A stretch of DNA of 64,000 nt from an uncultured Candidatus Saccharibacteria bacterium. Its GTDB lineage: Bacteria > Patescibacteriota > Doudnabacteria > UBA920 > O2-02-FULL-48-8. Below are positions 19,259 through 28,817 of this stretch, in pieces; position 1 is the stretch's first letter; every line of letters begins with the position of its first letter. Below the pieces are notes generated by a model. The model was not told the DNA's origin. It did not search any database and saw only the letters and a list, made by a program, of their open reading frames with translations. The stretch is taken from assembly GCA_964605735.1 (NCBI GenBank), contig CAZSDS010000001.1, forward strand, positions 6,771-70,770, given 5' to 3'. Made by a program: the position numbers and the translations under genes.

Positions 19259-20143
19259 TTATTTTGCCAGAAAATTTTTCGCGAGCTTAACTGCTTCGCT
19301 GGCATTCTTGATCCAATGGATTCGCCCATCGCGTTTAAACCAGGTCATCTGGCGTTTGGCAAAATGGTGAATGGCTAGTTTAAGTTCGCTGACCATTTTG
19401 TCATAGTCCAATTCGCCTTTGAGGTGTTTTGAGACGTATCGATATTCCAGGCCAAGCTCTTCAAGTCTTCTATGCGTCAATCCTTGGTTTAAAAGCCTTT
19501 TTATTTCTTTAACCAATCCCTGCTTTAGCCGGAGTTTCAGCCTTCTATCAATAAGTTTGAAGAGTTTTTCCTGGGGATGATTGATTCCCATAATCAAAGC
19601 ATTATATCCAGGTGATTTTTTTGCTTTTGGAACCGGCTGACCGGTTGTTTTTACTATTTCAATTGCCCTGACCAACCTGGCTGGATTTTTTGGATCAATG
19701 GTTTTAGCCCTGTCTGGATCCAGTTTTTTTAGCATGGCAAAAAGTTGGGCCGGTGTTTTTCCCTCCAGCTGGCGGCGGAGCTTTTTGTTGGGCTTAACTT
19801 CCGGTATTTCAAGGTTGTCAATCAGCGCGTAAATATAAAAAGCCGTACCTCCCACCAGAATCGGCACTTTTCCTCTTTTTTGGATTTCAGTTATGGTCTT
19901 GGCGGCAATTCGCTTATATCCAGCCACGCTGAACTGTTTTTTAGGGCTGGCTACATCCAGCAGGTGATGGGGAACCTGTTTTTGTTCGCTCTTTGTCACT
20001 TTGCCGGTTCCGATATCCAGCCCTTTGTACACCTGCCGGGAATCGGCAGAAATAATCTCCCCGTTTAATTTCTTTGCCAGAGCGATCCCGAGGCTGGATT
20101 TGCCGGAGGAGGTTGGCCCCAAAACCACGATCAATTTTTGCAT
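19259..20143 (-). CDS. miaA: tRNA dimethylallyltransferase
   Basis: GPTSSGKS, ISADSRQVY.GLDIGTGK, AKRQMTWF. Confidence 0.96.
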   Translation of the reverse strand: MQKLIVVLGPTSSGKSSLGIALAKKLNGEIISADSRQVYKGLDIGTGKVTKSEQKQVPHHLLDVASPKKQFSVAGYKRIAAKTITEIQKRGKVPILVGGTAFYIYALIDNLEIPEVKPNKKLRRQLEGKTPAQLFAMLKKLDPDRAKTIDPKNPARLVRAIEIVKTTGQPVPKAKKSPGYNALIMGINHPQEKLFKLIDRRLKLRLKQGLVKEIKRLLNQGLTHRRLEELGLEYRYVSKHLKGELDYDKMVSELKLAIHHFAKRQMTWFKRDGRIHWIKNASEAVKLAKNFLAK

Positions 20144-20204
20144 CTGTAACTTTTCTGAATAATTCTTCGGTTACTCTTACTCTTCACTATTACTATAGGA
20201 CTGG

Positions 20205-20348
20205 TTAAGTCTTCCGTTTAATTTTGGACAATTTCATGCCAGCAAACCTGGAGTCTTTGCGCAAACCGTACCCGCTTTTTTTCATGCGGGGGCGTTTTTT
20301 TATTTCCCTTTTTTCGGCCTTTGTAATAAATTCTTTTTCTTTCTTCAT
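20205..20348 (-). CDS. 47-aa highly basic microprotein (below ORF-track cutoff)
   Basis: MKKEKEFITKAEKREIKKRPRMKKSGYGLRKDSRFAGMKLSKIKRKT*; preceded by ECF-type promoter. Confidence 0.65.
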   Translation of the reverse strand: MKKEKEFITKAEKREIKKRPRMKKSGYGLRKDSRFAGMKLSKIKRKT

Positions 20349-20360
20349 AAAATTCGTTTA

Positions 20361-20387
20361 AGACGAAACAGCTACATGCTTGTTACA
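20361..20387 (-). promoter_or_regulatory. ECF-type promoter TGTAAC-N16-CGTCT
   Basis: Same -35/-10 and spacing as the promoter in front of the ECF sigma gene. Confidence 0.7.
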
Positions 20388-20685
20388 ACTCTGATGTCCG
20401 GATTTTGCGCACCCAGACAGCGGCAGCAATCTAAATATCATCAACTTTCTTGGTTTACTATACTAAATCCAATTGCTGGGCAACAATGGTTTTTATGTAA
20501 CAATCACAAATTAATCGTACTTTGTTTTTGTTTCATATGCAAATTCTCTTTAAGGCCACCCAAAAGTTTATCCATAGGTTTATTGGCACCTGTGAATTCT
20601 GTCCAAATATGTTAAGCAATTAATCATATAAAACTAAACTTGTTGTACAGTGGTTATTGCTCAGCCGGACAGGTATTTTTTATTC

Positions 20686-22875
20686 ATGTTAAGTATCATC
20701 ATTCCAACATACAATGAAAAAGATAACCTCTCTGAACTCGTCAAGAGAATTGTCCGGTCCCTTCAACAGAAAGGGTTGGAGTATGAAATGGTTTTTGTCG
20801 ACGACCATTCCACGGACGGAACTTACGAGTACCTGGAGGAGCTAAAGGAGATTCTGCCCCTACAATTAATCATCAAACAAGGACCGCGCGGAAAGGCGCA
20901 GTCTTTACTGCAGGGGTTCCAGCACGCGCAGGGAGACATTCTGGCTTTTATTGACGCGGATTTGCAGTATCCGCCTGAAGCCCTTCCTGAAATGTTGGAG
21001 AAACTGGATAAGGCGGATGTTGTCGTTGGGAATCGCAACTACGCCCCTGGCCAGGCGCTGAGGGGTTCATTAACCAAACTGTATAACTTAGCCATTGGCC
21101 GGGTTGTTTTGGGGCTGGACTGCGATGTTCAATCAGGCATGAAAATTTTCAAGCGCGAGGTTTTGCGCAGTCTTGAGTTAAGCCCAAGCAAATGGGGTTT
21201 TGATTACGAATTTCTGTTCAAGTCAAAGCGTCTTGGATGGAAAATTTCGCAAGTCGATATTGATTTTGCTGAGAGGGTGAATGGGGAAAGCAATGTGAAT
21301 GTTCTCAGGACTGGTTTTGAACTGGCTGGAGGAGCGTTAAGCCTTCGTGCAAAATACATGCTCATGACTGTGTTTAAATTTCTGGACCATCCGCACCAGA
21401 GCGAAAGGTTGGGGTACAACTATTCCAATGAATCAGATTTTCTCTTTCTTCCGGAAATCCACAGTGCCAAGAAGCACATTTACCCTGAAACAGTGACCTT
21501 CGTTTTTTTGTGTGCCTTGGCGCTCTCAGCTGTGATTTATGGGGCGCATGAATTGACTGGTTGGTCTGTGTTGGTTGTGGTATCAGGCATAATTTCCTTG
21601 TTTTATTTTGGGTTAATGGTGTTTAAGCTTTACACGGTTTATGTTTCCTTCCAAAAGAAGTTCTTAAGCGTATCGGATGCTGACGTTGCGTCTCTGGACG
21701 AGGAGGAGCTTCCTGTCTATACGGTCTTGATTCCTCTTTATAAGGAATCGGAAGTGGTTACGCAGATTAAACGAGCCATGATGTCCATTGATTATCCTTT
21801 AGACAAGCTGGATTTTGTGATCACGCTTGAGCACTATGACAAAGAAACCATTGAAGCTATCGACAATGCAGGGTTCCCGGTTCAGTTCAAGAAATGTATT
21901 TTGCCGGATGTCCAACCAAAGACAAAGCCAAAAGCACTGAATGTGGCTTTTCCTCAGACCAGAGGAGAGTTTCTGGTGATTTACGACGCTGAGATCATTC
22001 CTGACCATGACCAGTTGAAAAAGGCTTATATCACTTTCCGCGATAATCCGGATGTGGACGTCCTTCAAACCAGGCTGGACCACTATAATGCCGACCATAA
22101 CATGATAACCAAACTGTTCAATGCCGAGTTCGCCTTTCATTTTGACATGTTCCTGCCCGGCTTGATGCGCATGAATGCGCCGATTCCATTGTCCGGGCAC
22201 AGCACTCACTTCAGAAGAAAAGCGCTTGAAGACATTGGTGCCTGGGATCCATACAACGTGACAGAGGATTGTGATGTGGGTATCAGGATGGCCAGGCTGG
22301 GCAAGCGCGTGGAGATTTTGGATTCAATGAGCTATGAGGAAGCGACCACCACAGTGAAAACCTGGGTTGGCCAGCGAGCGCGCTGGATAAAGGGTTTCAT
22401 TCAGACAGCAATTGTTCATTTGCGGCACCCATTCAGGTTCATGCGTGAAATTGGCGGCGCCAAACAGTTTGGAATTTTTCTGCTGACGGTGCCAGCAAGC
22501 GTAGCGGTTAATCTGCTCAATTTGGTGTATTGGATTTTGCTGGTCGGCTGGATTTTTACAGAATCTGAATTCATCAAGGCTTTGTTCCCGGGACCGATCT
22601 TCTACGTTTCACTGGTCACATTTGTTGCTGGGAATTTTATATTCATTTACTTGAATTTGATCGGTGCTTACTTGCGGGGAAGATATGCCCTGGTTCCGTA
22701 CAGCCTGCTTTCGCCTTTGTACTGGATCATGCTTTCTTATGCCACAGTCAAAGCGTCTGTTGAACTAATCATTAAGCCTCACCATTGGGATAAAACCAAA
22801 CACGGCGCCCACCTGAAGAAGAAGGTCGAAGAGCCGGTTGTTGTCAAACGATATGCAATACCAACGAACACGTAA
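20686..22875 (+). CDS. Tandem GT2 protein: DPM-synthase-like domain + processive cellulose-synthase-like domain
   Basis: N-term IIIPTYNE/DDHSTD/DADLQ; C-term TKPKALN, IYDAE, TED, QRARW (QxxRW), TM helices. Confidence 0.85.
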   Translation: MLSIIIPTYNEKDNLSELVKRIVRSLQQKGLEYEMVFVDDHSTDGTYEYLEELKEILPLQLIIKQGPRGKAQSLLQGFQHAQGDILAFIDADLQYPPEALPEMLEKLDKADVVVGNRNYAPGQALRGSLTKLYNLAIGRVVLGLDCDVQSGMKIFKREVLRSLELSPSKWGFDYEFLFKSKRLGWKISQVDIDFAERVNGESNVNVLRTGFELAGGALSLRAKYMLMTVFKFLDHPHQSERLGYNYSNESDFLFLPEIHSAKKHIYPETVTFVFLCALALSAVIYGAHELTGWSVLVVVSGIISLFYFGLMVFKLYTVYVSFQKKFLSVSDADVASLDEEELPVYTVLIPLYKESEVVTQIKRAMMSIDYPLDKLDFVITLEHYDKETIEAIDNAGFPVQFKKCILPDVQPKTKPKALNVAFPQTRGEFLVIYDAEIIPDHDQLKKAYITFRDNPDVDVLQTRLDHYNADHNMITKLFNAEFAFHFDMFLPGLMRMNAPIPLSGHSTHFRRKALEDIGAWDPYNVTEDCDVGIRMARLGKRVEILDSMSYEEATTTVKTWVGQRARWIKGFIQTAIVHLRHPFRFMREIGGAKQFGIFLLTVPASVAVNLLNLVYWILLVGWIFTESEFIKALFPGPIFYVSLVTFVAGNFIFIYLNLIGAYLRGRYALVPYSLLSPLYWIMLSYATVKASVELIIKPHHWDKTKHGAHLKKKVEEPVVVKRYAIPTNT

Positions 22876-24559
22876 AATATTTTCTTCACCTGAATTATGG
22901 CTTGGTTTTGCCGCTGCGATCGCTGGCATGGCCGGAGTCTGGTATATCTACTCTCTTGGTTTGGTGAAAGAATTGACTGACGCTTACGCCCATCTGAATT
23001 TTTCCAGAATGATGTTCGAAAGCCTGACCCCGGGGATAAGCCAGATCGGACTTTGGCCGCCGTTGCTCCATATGCTCATGGCTCCGTTTACCATGATTCG
23101 TCCTTTGTATGAATCTGGGCTTGCCGGAGCTGTGGTGCTGATTCCGTTTTACATCCTGGGGACAGTTTACACTTACAAACTGGTGAAATTGTTTACTCAG
23201 AATGAATGGCTGTCTGTTTTGGGCGCGGTGCTGTTCATGGCAAACCCTTACGTCATTTACTACTCCGCAGTCCCAATGATGGAAGTGCTGTTCCTGGCCA
23301 ATTTGATGGCGGTTGCGTATTATATGGCCCGATGGTACATGCTGGGGAATCTTTCCAGTCTGGTGCTGACAGGCGTGTTCGCAGCCTTGGCCGCATTGTC
23401 TCGGTTTGAGGGGCTCATACTGGCGCCACTGGTGGGAATTTTGTTGGCAATTGATTTGCTTAGGCGAAGGAAAGGGCTCGCCCAAACGCAAGCAGTGCTG
23501 ATTTTGTTTTTGCTGTTGGCAGCGCTTGGTCCTCTGGTTATTTTGGCCTATAGCTGGTATTTTGGCGGATCGCCGATGGCGTTTACAGGCGGGGATTGGG
23601 TAAAGTCTGCAGCTGCTGATGAAGGATTTTTGACCCAGGGCAGTTATTGGCAGTCTCTGCGGTACAGTTTGTATGCGGCCTTTTATATGGTTGGTCAGAA
23701 TTTGATCATTTTTGCGCTGGCCACTTTGCCGCTGTTATTTTTATTCAGAAAAAGGTTTGAAGTTATGAGCGTTCTGCTTGTCCTGGCCAGTCCGGCAATT
23801 TTCATCATTATTGCTTTGGCCAGCGGGAGTTATAACATTGGAGTGCCTGACTTGCCGCCGCATACCGTGTTTCTGAACGAGAGATATGGTCTAAGCTGGA
23901 TAGGTTTTGTGATTGTTTCGCCTTTGTTGTTGATGGGGACCGTACTTAGTCTGGCGGTCCGCAGGAAATATTTATACCGATTGGCGCTGGCAGCTGTGAT
24001 ATTGGGCGCTTCCGCGATGTTGTATTCTGCGGGAGATTTCCTCTACGCGGCAACTGCCAAAAACAAGTTTTTTGCTGTCCGGAACAACATTAACTCTCCG
24101 CGTGCGTTTCATATTGGCGCGGGTGAGTTTTTGAACTCTGAATATGATTTTGGGAAGATTTTGATAACGCGGGCAGACAATGACCCAGTGCTTGCCACAT
24201 CCCAGATCCCTTTAAGCAATTACATTTACGAAGCGAATTATTTGTATTTCGACCAGGCAGTGGAAGAGCCTTGGATATTCGCGCGCTGGGTTGTGATGAA
24301 CAGGGAAGATCCCGGCGAAAGACTTGCATCACAATGGGCGGAGAATGAGCAGTTTGCCAGCTTTTATGAATTGGCTTATGAGAATATTGGGCGTGCAGTT
24401 TACAAAGTCAAGGATGATGCGGTCAGGTCTTACGCGATTGAACACCAGCTTGATGCCGGAAGGATACCTTCCATTAACTCCGGCATCGCCAAATGGGATC
24501 CCTCCAACGTGTATGACCAACTGCAGATTGAGAGTGGGATTACTGTAAAAAAAAACTGA
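22853..24559 (+). CDS. GT-C fold (PMT_2/GT39-like) multi-TM glycosyltransferase
   Basis: DAYAHL, WPPL.H, about 11-12 TM helices, extracytoplasmic C-terminal domain. Confidence 0.75.
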   Translation: MQYQRTRKIFSSPELWLGFAAAIAGMAGVWYIYSLGLVKELTDAYAHLNFSRMMFESLTPGISQIGLWPPLLHMLMAPFTMIRPLYESGLAGAVVLIPFYILGTVYTYKLVKLFTQNEWLSVLGAVLFMANPYVIYYSAVPMMEVLFLANLMAVAYYMARWYMLGNLSSLVLTGVFAALAALSRFEGLILAPLVGILLAIDLLRRRKGLAQTQAVLILFLLLAALGPLVILAYSWYFGGSPMAFTGGDWVKSAAADEGFLTQGSYWQSLRYSLYAAFYMVGQNLIIFALATLPLLFLFRKRFEVMSVLLVLASPAIFIIIALASGSYNIGVPDLPPHTVFLNERYGLSWIGFVIVSPLLLMGTVLSLAVRRKYLYRLALAAVILGASAMLYSAGDFLYAATAKNKFFAVRNNINSPRAFHIGAGEFLNSEYDFGKILITRADNDPVLATSQIPLSNYIYEANYLYFDQAVEEPWIFARWVVMNREDPGERLASQWAENEQFASFYELAYENIGRAVYKVKDDAVRSYAIEHQLDAGRIPSINSGIAKWDPSNVYDQLQIESGITVKKN

Positions 24560-24585
24560 ACAGGCGGAATGTTGTTGAGGCAAAT

Positions 24586-25731
24586 GTGTTTCCCGGCATA
24601 TCAGACCTTTTTAGGGAAAAACAGGTGGAGTGCGCCGCCAGTGATCCTAAAGATGTAACGATAGAAGAACAATCTTTAGATAAGAATAATCTCAAACAGA
24701 TGGTTAGGGATTATTACTATTCATGTCTTAAGCCCTACTACAGATACGGTGTTGCGGACCTGGGAGGGAGGGGGAACTCAGAAGCGCAAAGTTATGGCTT
24801 GCTCCAGTCGCTTTGGATGGATGATAAGAGGACTTTTCGTGACGTGTGGCTTTGGACCAAGGAAAATCTTCAGCGCCAGGAAGATTATCTTTTTTCCTGG
24901 GACTTCGACCTTAAGCATGATTTAAGAACTTTCCCAGCGAAAAAAGCAGTTATCAAAGATTATAATTCCGCATCTGACGCTGATGAGGATATTGCCATGG
25001 CCTTATTTTTGGCTGGTGAAGCATGGGAAAAACCAGGGTACATTACCGAGGCCAAGAAAATAATTGCGGGAATATGGAGAAGAGAAGTTTATGAGCACCA
25101 GGGTTTGCTTTATCTTCTTCCCGGCGCGTGGGGCGCTGAGAACAACCAAATTGTGGTGAACCCCTCATATTTTTCCCCGGCCGCGTATAAAATTTTTGCA
25201 AAATATGATCCGAACCATGATTGGAATAAACTTGCCAGTGATTCGTATGCAGTGTTGGAGCGGATCAGGGGAGGGATTAACAGAGGCGAGTTCAATGACT
25301 TTCCGCCGAACTGGGTTGTGATCGACAAAAACTCCGGAAGAATGACTCCGTTTACGGGCAAGGCGGACAGCTTAGACTATTCCTATGACGCATTCCGCAC
25401 TCTTTGGCGATCCGCTTATGACCAGCTGACTGTGCCTAGCCTTGAATCTTGGGATTACATCTCTTCGTTGGAAAGCGAGATACGTCGGGATTGGGAGGAT
25501 GATCAACTGCTTTGCACCTTGTATAACTTTGACGGAAGGATGTTGCTTTGCAATCCTGCGCCAACTGGACTTTCAGGGCTAATCGGAGTTTTGTCCGTAT
25601 CAAATGGTTTTCTGGCGGAGCAGGTTGTGAAGCGGAATTATTTGCTGGGCGGAAAACTGCAGTTTCCGGAGGACAATTTTTACGGCCAGAGCTGGCACTG
25701 GTTTGGAGTGTATTTGTTTACCCGTTCCTAA
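24586..25731 (+). CDS. Glycoside hydrolase family 8 (BcsZ-like endoglucanase); probably the frameshifted C-terminus of the upstream gene
   Basis: SEAQSYG, SASDADEDIA, NPSYF, YSYDAFR motifs; no signal peptide; frame open upstream to 24532. Confidence 0.85.
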   Translation: MFPGISDLFREKQVECAASDPKDVTIEEQSLDKNNLKQMVRDYYYSCLKPYYRYGVADLGGRGNSEAQSYGLLQSLWMDDKRTFRDVWLWTKENLQRQEDYLFSWDFDLKHDLRTFPAKKAVIKDYNSASDADEDIAMALFLAGEAWEKPGYITEAKKIIAGIWRREVYEHQGLLYLLPGAWGAENNQIVVNPSYFSPAAYKIFAKYDPNHDWNKLASDSYAVLERIRGGINRGEFNDFPPNWVVIDKNSGRMTPFTGKADSLDYSYDAFRTLWRSAYDQLTVPSLESWDYISSLESEIRRDWEDDQLLCTLYNFDGRMLLCNPAPTGLSGLIGVLSVSNGFLAEQVVKRNYLLGGKLQFPEDNFYGQSWHWFGVYLFTRS

Positions 25732-25774
25732 GAAAAAACTCCCCAAGAAGGGGAGTTGTTCAGGGAGTTATTTT

Positions 25775-27739
25775 TTACCATCCCGCGTTTTTGGCAAGGT
25801 TATAGGCATACTCTGGCCAGAAAGTTCCGGCGCTCGGGCCGCCGTTGCAGCTGCCGTCTGATTCGCCTGGAGCTTTAATCCAAAGGTAAGCATCTACAGA
25901 TCCGTTGCCGGTGTTGGTGGTTGGGGTTTGTCCAAGCGCGCGACCCTGCGGGTTGCACCACTGGTAGTCCGGAGCAGGTCCGCGGCCGTTTCGCGAAGTA
26001 TCGATCACGAATTTCTTGCCGCCAACCTTGCCTGAAACCTGTTGTCCATAATTGATATTGTCCTGGGTTGAAACAAAGTTGGAAGTGTTGAGCGCAAAAC
26101 CGTTTGCAGAATCAACGCCCGCTTTTCTCAGTCTGGACGCCATTTCGTCAGGGTTGACCCAGCCGGAATGCCCGGCGTCTATGTATACTGCCGTATTCGG
26201 ATTTTTTCTGAGAATGTGGACCGCATCTCTGAGAGTATTCATGCGGACTTCTTTGTCGTGTCCGGACAAACAATCCATCAGGGACAGCGCATCCGGTTCC
26301 AAAACTACCAGGGCTTTGGCATTGCCGATTCCTGCACCAATTGCCCCGATCCAGGATTTGTACGCTTCCGGACTGCCGACTCCACCGGCTGAGTAGCTTC
26401 CGCAGTCTCGTTGTGGAATATTGTAAGCTACGAACACAACGGTTTTTCCGTTTGCCGAGTTTACTGCTTTGCGGACATCCTCATAGACGTTGCCGTTCCA
26501 TCCGCCAAGCCACTGGGCAATAGGCTGTTGCGCCAATTTTTCTATGGCTTGTGCTTGCCAGTGACCCCGGTTGTTGTTGACCCAGTTCTGTGCCTGGCTG
26601 TGCGGATTGACGTAAAAGTCAGCGTTGCCTAATGGGTTTCCGGTCAAGTTAACGACAGGCTCATTAACAGGCGGTGTTGGAGCAGGTTGTGGTTGTTGGG
26701 GAGCTGGTGTTGGCTGGTTCTGTTGGCTATTGGATTCTGGCCGCACTAAAGTCTTGCTCATTGCCGGAGATGACCAGTGCAGGGAAGCGGTTGCTTCGCC
26801 CCAGCGTTCATAATATTCCATTTTAACTGGATAGGATTTTCCAGCTTCCAAGTAAATGTGTCCTGTGTTTTCAGTGGCTGGATGGTCGCTCCAGTTGTCT
26901 ATAATCAACTGGTTGTTTACCCAGACGCGCACGCCGTCATCTGAAAGACTGTGGAAAGTGTAGTGGGTGCTTTGGGCAGGTTTGATGTTTCCTGTCCATC
27001 GTGCGGAAAAGTTGTCACGGGGAATATTTGAATCTGGTGTGCCTGCTTTCCAGTCAAAATTGATGACCGGTTCTGTTTTTGTAACTTTCAGGCCGTTGAA
27101 GTCTATCCTGTCAAAGTATTCCGCAGAAAATCCGGAACCATTGGCGTTGTCAGTTGGAAGACCTGTGCCTGTTTGTGAGATTGGATACAGCTGGTTGCGG
27201 GGAATTATTTCTTTGTGCTGTCTGTTGCTGGACCAGGACAATTGCATTATTGCTCTTCCTGTGTTTTCGTAATACTCAAGTTTGATTGGATATTTTTGTC
27301 CCGCGTTCAGGTGGATGTACCCGATATTTTCTGTTCGGGGGTGATCTGTCCAGTTGTCGATTATCAGTCTGCCATCCACCCACAGACGCACGCCGTCGTC
27401 AGAATAAGTATAGAAGTTATAGGTATCAGAGTGGCGGGGCACCACTGATCCTTCCCAACGCGCGGAATACGTTTCATTGTGCATGCTTGGGTCAGGGGAG
27501 TTGTAATCCCAGTCAAAATTCACTTGCTCGTCAATTCGGGTGATTGACTGGCCGGTAAAATTTTGATTGTCATAATAAGTGGCTGTTAAGCCGGTGCCAG
27601 TGGAGGCAACAGCCTGTGGGTAGCCCCACTGGGTAATGGTAGTCATGCCGAGCATAAGAGCCAGGGCAACTGCAGTAAGTTTGCGAATTTCTGATGGGTT
27701 TGTTTTTTGGTTTAAACTTGTGGTCTGTGTTGAGGCCAT
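25775..27739 (-). CDS. Secreted PA14-PA14-GH6 glucanase (cellulase family)
   Basis: Signal peptide; two PA14 domains (SDDGVR.W); P/Q linker; GH6 motifs YNIP.RDC, LEPDAL, VIDTSRNG, WCNP, WIK.PGESDG. Confidence 0.92.
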   Translation of the reverse strand: MASTQTTSLNQKTNPSEIRKLTAVALALMLGMTTITQWGYPQAVASTGTGLTATYYDNQNFTGQSITRIDEQVNFDWDYNSPDPSMHNETYSARWEGSVVPRHSDTYNFYTYSDDGVRLWVDGRLIIDNWTDHPRTENIGYIHLNAGQKYPIKLEYYENTGRAIMQLSWSSNRQHKEIIPRNQLYPISQTGTGLPTDNANGSGFSAEYFDRIDFNGLKVTKTEPVINFDWKAGTPDSNIPRDNFSARWTGNIKPAQSTHYTFHSLSDDGVRVWVNNQLIIDNWSDHPATENTGHIYLEAGKSYPVKMEYYERWGEATASLHWSSPAMSKTLVRPESNSQQNQPTPAPQQPQPAPTPPVNEPVVNLTGNPLGNADFYVNPHSQAQNWVNNNRGHWQAQAIEKLAQQPIAQWLGGWNGNVYEDVRKAVNSANGKTVVFVAYNIPQRDCGSYSAGGVGSPEAYKSWIGAIGAGIGNAKALVVLEPDALSLMDCLSGHDKEVRMNTLRDAVHILRKNPNTAVYIDAGHSGWVNPDEMASRLRKAGVDSANGFALNTSNFVSTQDNINYGQQVSGKVGGKKFVIDTSRNGRGPAPDYQWCNPQGRALGQTPTTNTGNGSVDAYLWIKAPGESDGSCNGGPSAGTFWPEYAYNLAKNAGW

Positions 27740-27787
27740 TAAGTTCCTTATCGTTAATTTTTTATGCTTCGCTATTAAATTTTTTTG

Positions 27788-27815
27788 CGACGAACATGAG
27801 GGGGAAATTGTTACA
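27788..27815 (-). promoter_or_regulatory. ECF-type promoter TGTAAC-N17-CGTCG
   Basis: 48 nt upstream of the GH6 start codon. Confidence 0.55.
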
Positions 27816-28019
27816 CGTTCGTTGCATAAGCTATTTTAACTGATAAGTAACAATTCGCAAGCAATAAAAGTGTGGTTTATGCACAATAATGTTGATAAGA
27901 TGAGGTAAAGTGCTTGCTTCATTAAAGAAAGTGTGGGATAAAAAATTTTTATCCAATTGGCGGTGTAAGAAGATACGATTGCTCGCGTTTTTTTAACTGG
28001 TTGGCGTCCTGAAATAGGG

Positions 28020-28048
28020 TTGACAAACCAGAAGAAATAGTGTATACT
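28020..28048 (+). promoter_or_regulatory. Sigma70 promoter TTGACA-N17-TATACT
   Basis: Near-consensus hexamers and spacing upstream of lipoprotein gene. Confidence 0.75.
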
Positions 28049-28128
28049 GCTTTGTTCTTTTAAGTTGCTTCAAAATTTGTTCGGAGGATGTGTTTTACTT
28101 TCGCTAAGGCGATTTTTCACGGGAGGAA

Positions 28129-28728
28129 ATGATGAAGAAGTTGATGTACAGCTGGATCGCTTTGGCGATCATCGCGGCCACAACCGTGGCTTGCGGCAAG
28201 AGCAGCAGTCCCACGGCGCCGGCAACAACAGAGGCGCAGGCGGCAGAAAAGTTCGAGATCTATGTCTGGCGTACAGACTCGAACCAGGTTCTGGTTGAGG
28301 CTCGCTGCAACGCTCTGATTGCGATCAAGAAAGAGGATCGCGCCCGCATGTCGCCGGACGACACTCCGGAATCGCTCATCATCCGTGAGTGGAGCAGGGC
28401 GATCGGCGACCCTGATCCGAGAACGGCATTCAAGGACTGGTATACTCAGTACGGCAACGGCAACACCGGACATTTGGACTGGCCAGTAACTGTATGGGGG
28501 CCAATCACCGTCAAGGGCGACCGGTTCGAATTCCAGTTCTTGATGGACACGTTCAAGTTGCCAGCGAGCGATCTGCTGGAATTCGACAACGAACAGTTCC
28601 AGGACCGGTTTAATGTGTATCCGACTAACGCGGCACACATTTCTCGGGCTTCGGCTTTCCCCTTGATTCGCGTGGTCGCCGGCTCGGTTTCGGCCTTGCC
28701 AACGACACGTCCCGAACGGACTCAGTAG
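28129..28728 (+). CDS. Orphan lipoprotein
   Basis: GGAGG SD; signal peptide with lipobox-like TVAC; followed by GGCGGTTGCGGA/TCCGCAACCGCC terminator. Confidence 0.7.
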   Translation: MMKKLMYSWIALAIIAATTVACGKSSSPTAPATTEAQAAEKFEIYVWRTDSNQVLVEARCNALIAIKKEDRARMSPDDTPESLIIREWSRAIGDPDPRTAFKDWYTQYGNGNTGHLDWPVTVWGPITVKGDRFEFQFLMDTFKLPASDLLEFDNEQFQDRFNVYPTNAAHISRASAFPLIRVVAGSVSALPTTRPERTQ

Positions 28729-28817
28729 AACACCAACGCACGAAGAGGCGGTTGCGGACATTTGCATTAGCATTTGTTCCGCAACCGCCCTTATTTTTTA
28801 AGTACCGTTTCGCGGAA

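Noticed and set aside
20230-20300. c-di-GMP-I-like motifs (GCAAACC, CGCAAAG)
   Set aside because: P2/P3 stems and GNRA loop cannot be formed; the region is better explained as the 47-aa ORF.
20496-20520. TGTAAC...CGTAC as ECF promoter of the GT2 operon
   Set aside because: Spacer is only 14 nt versus 16-17 in the other copies.
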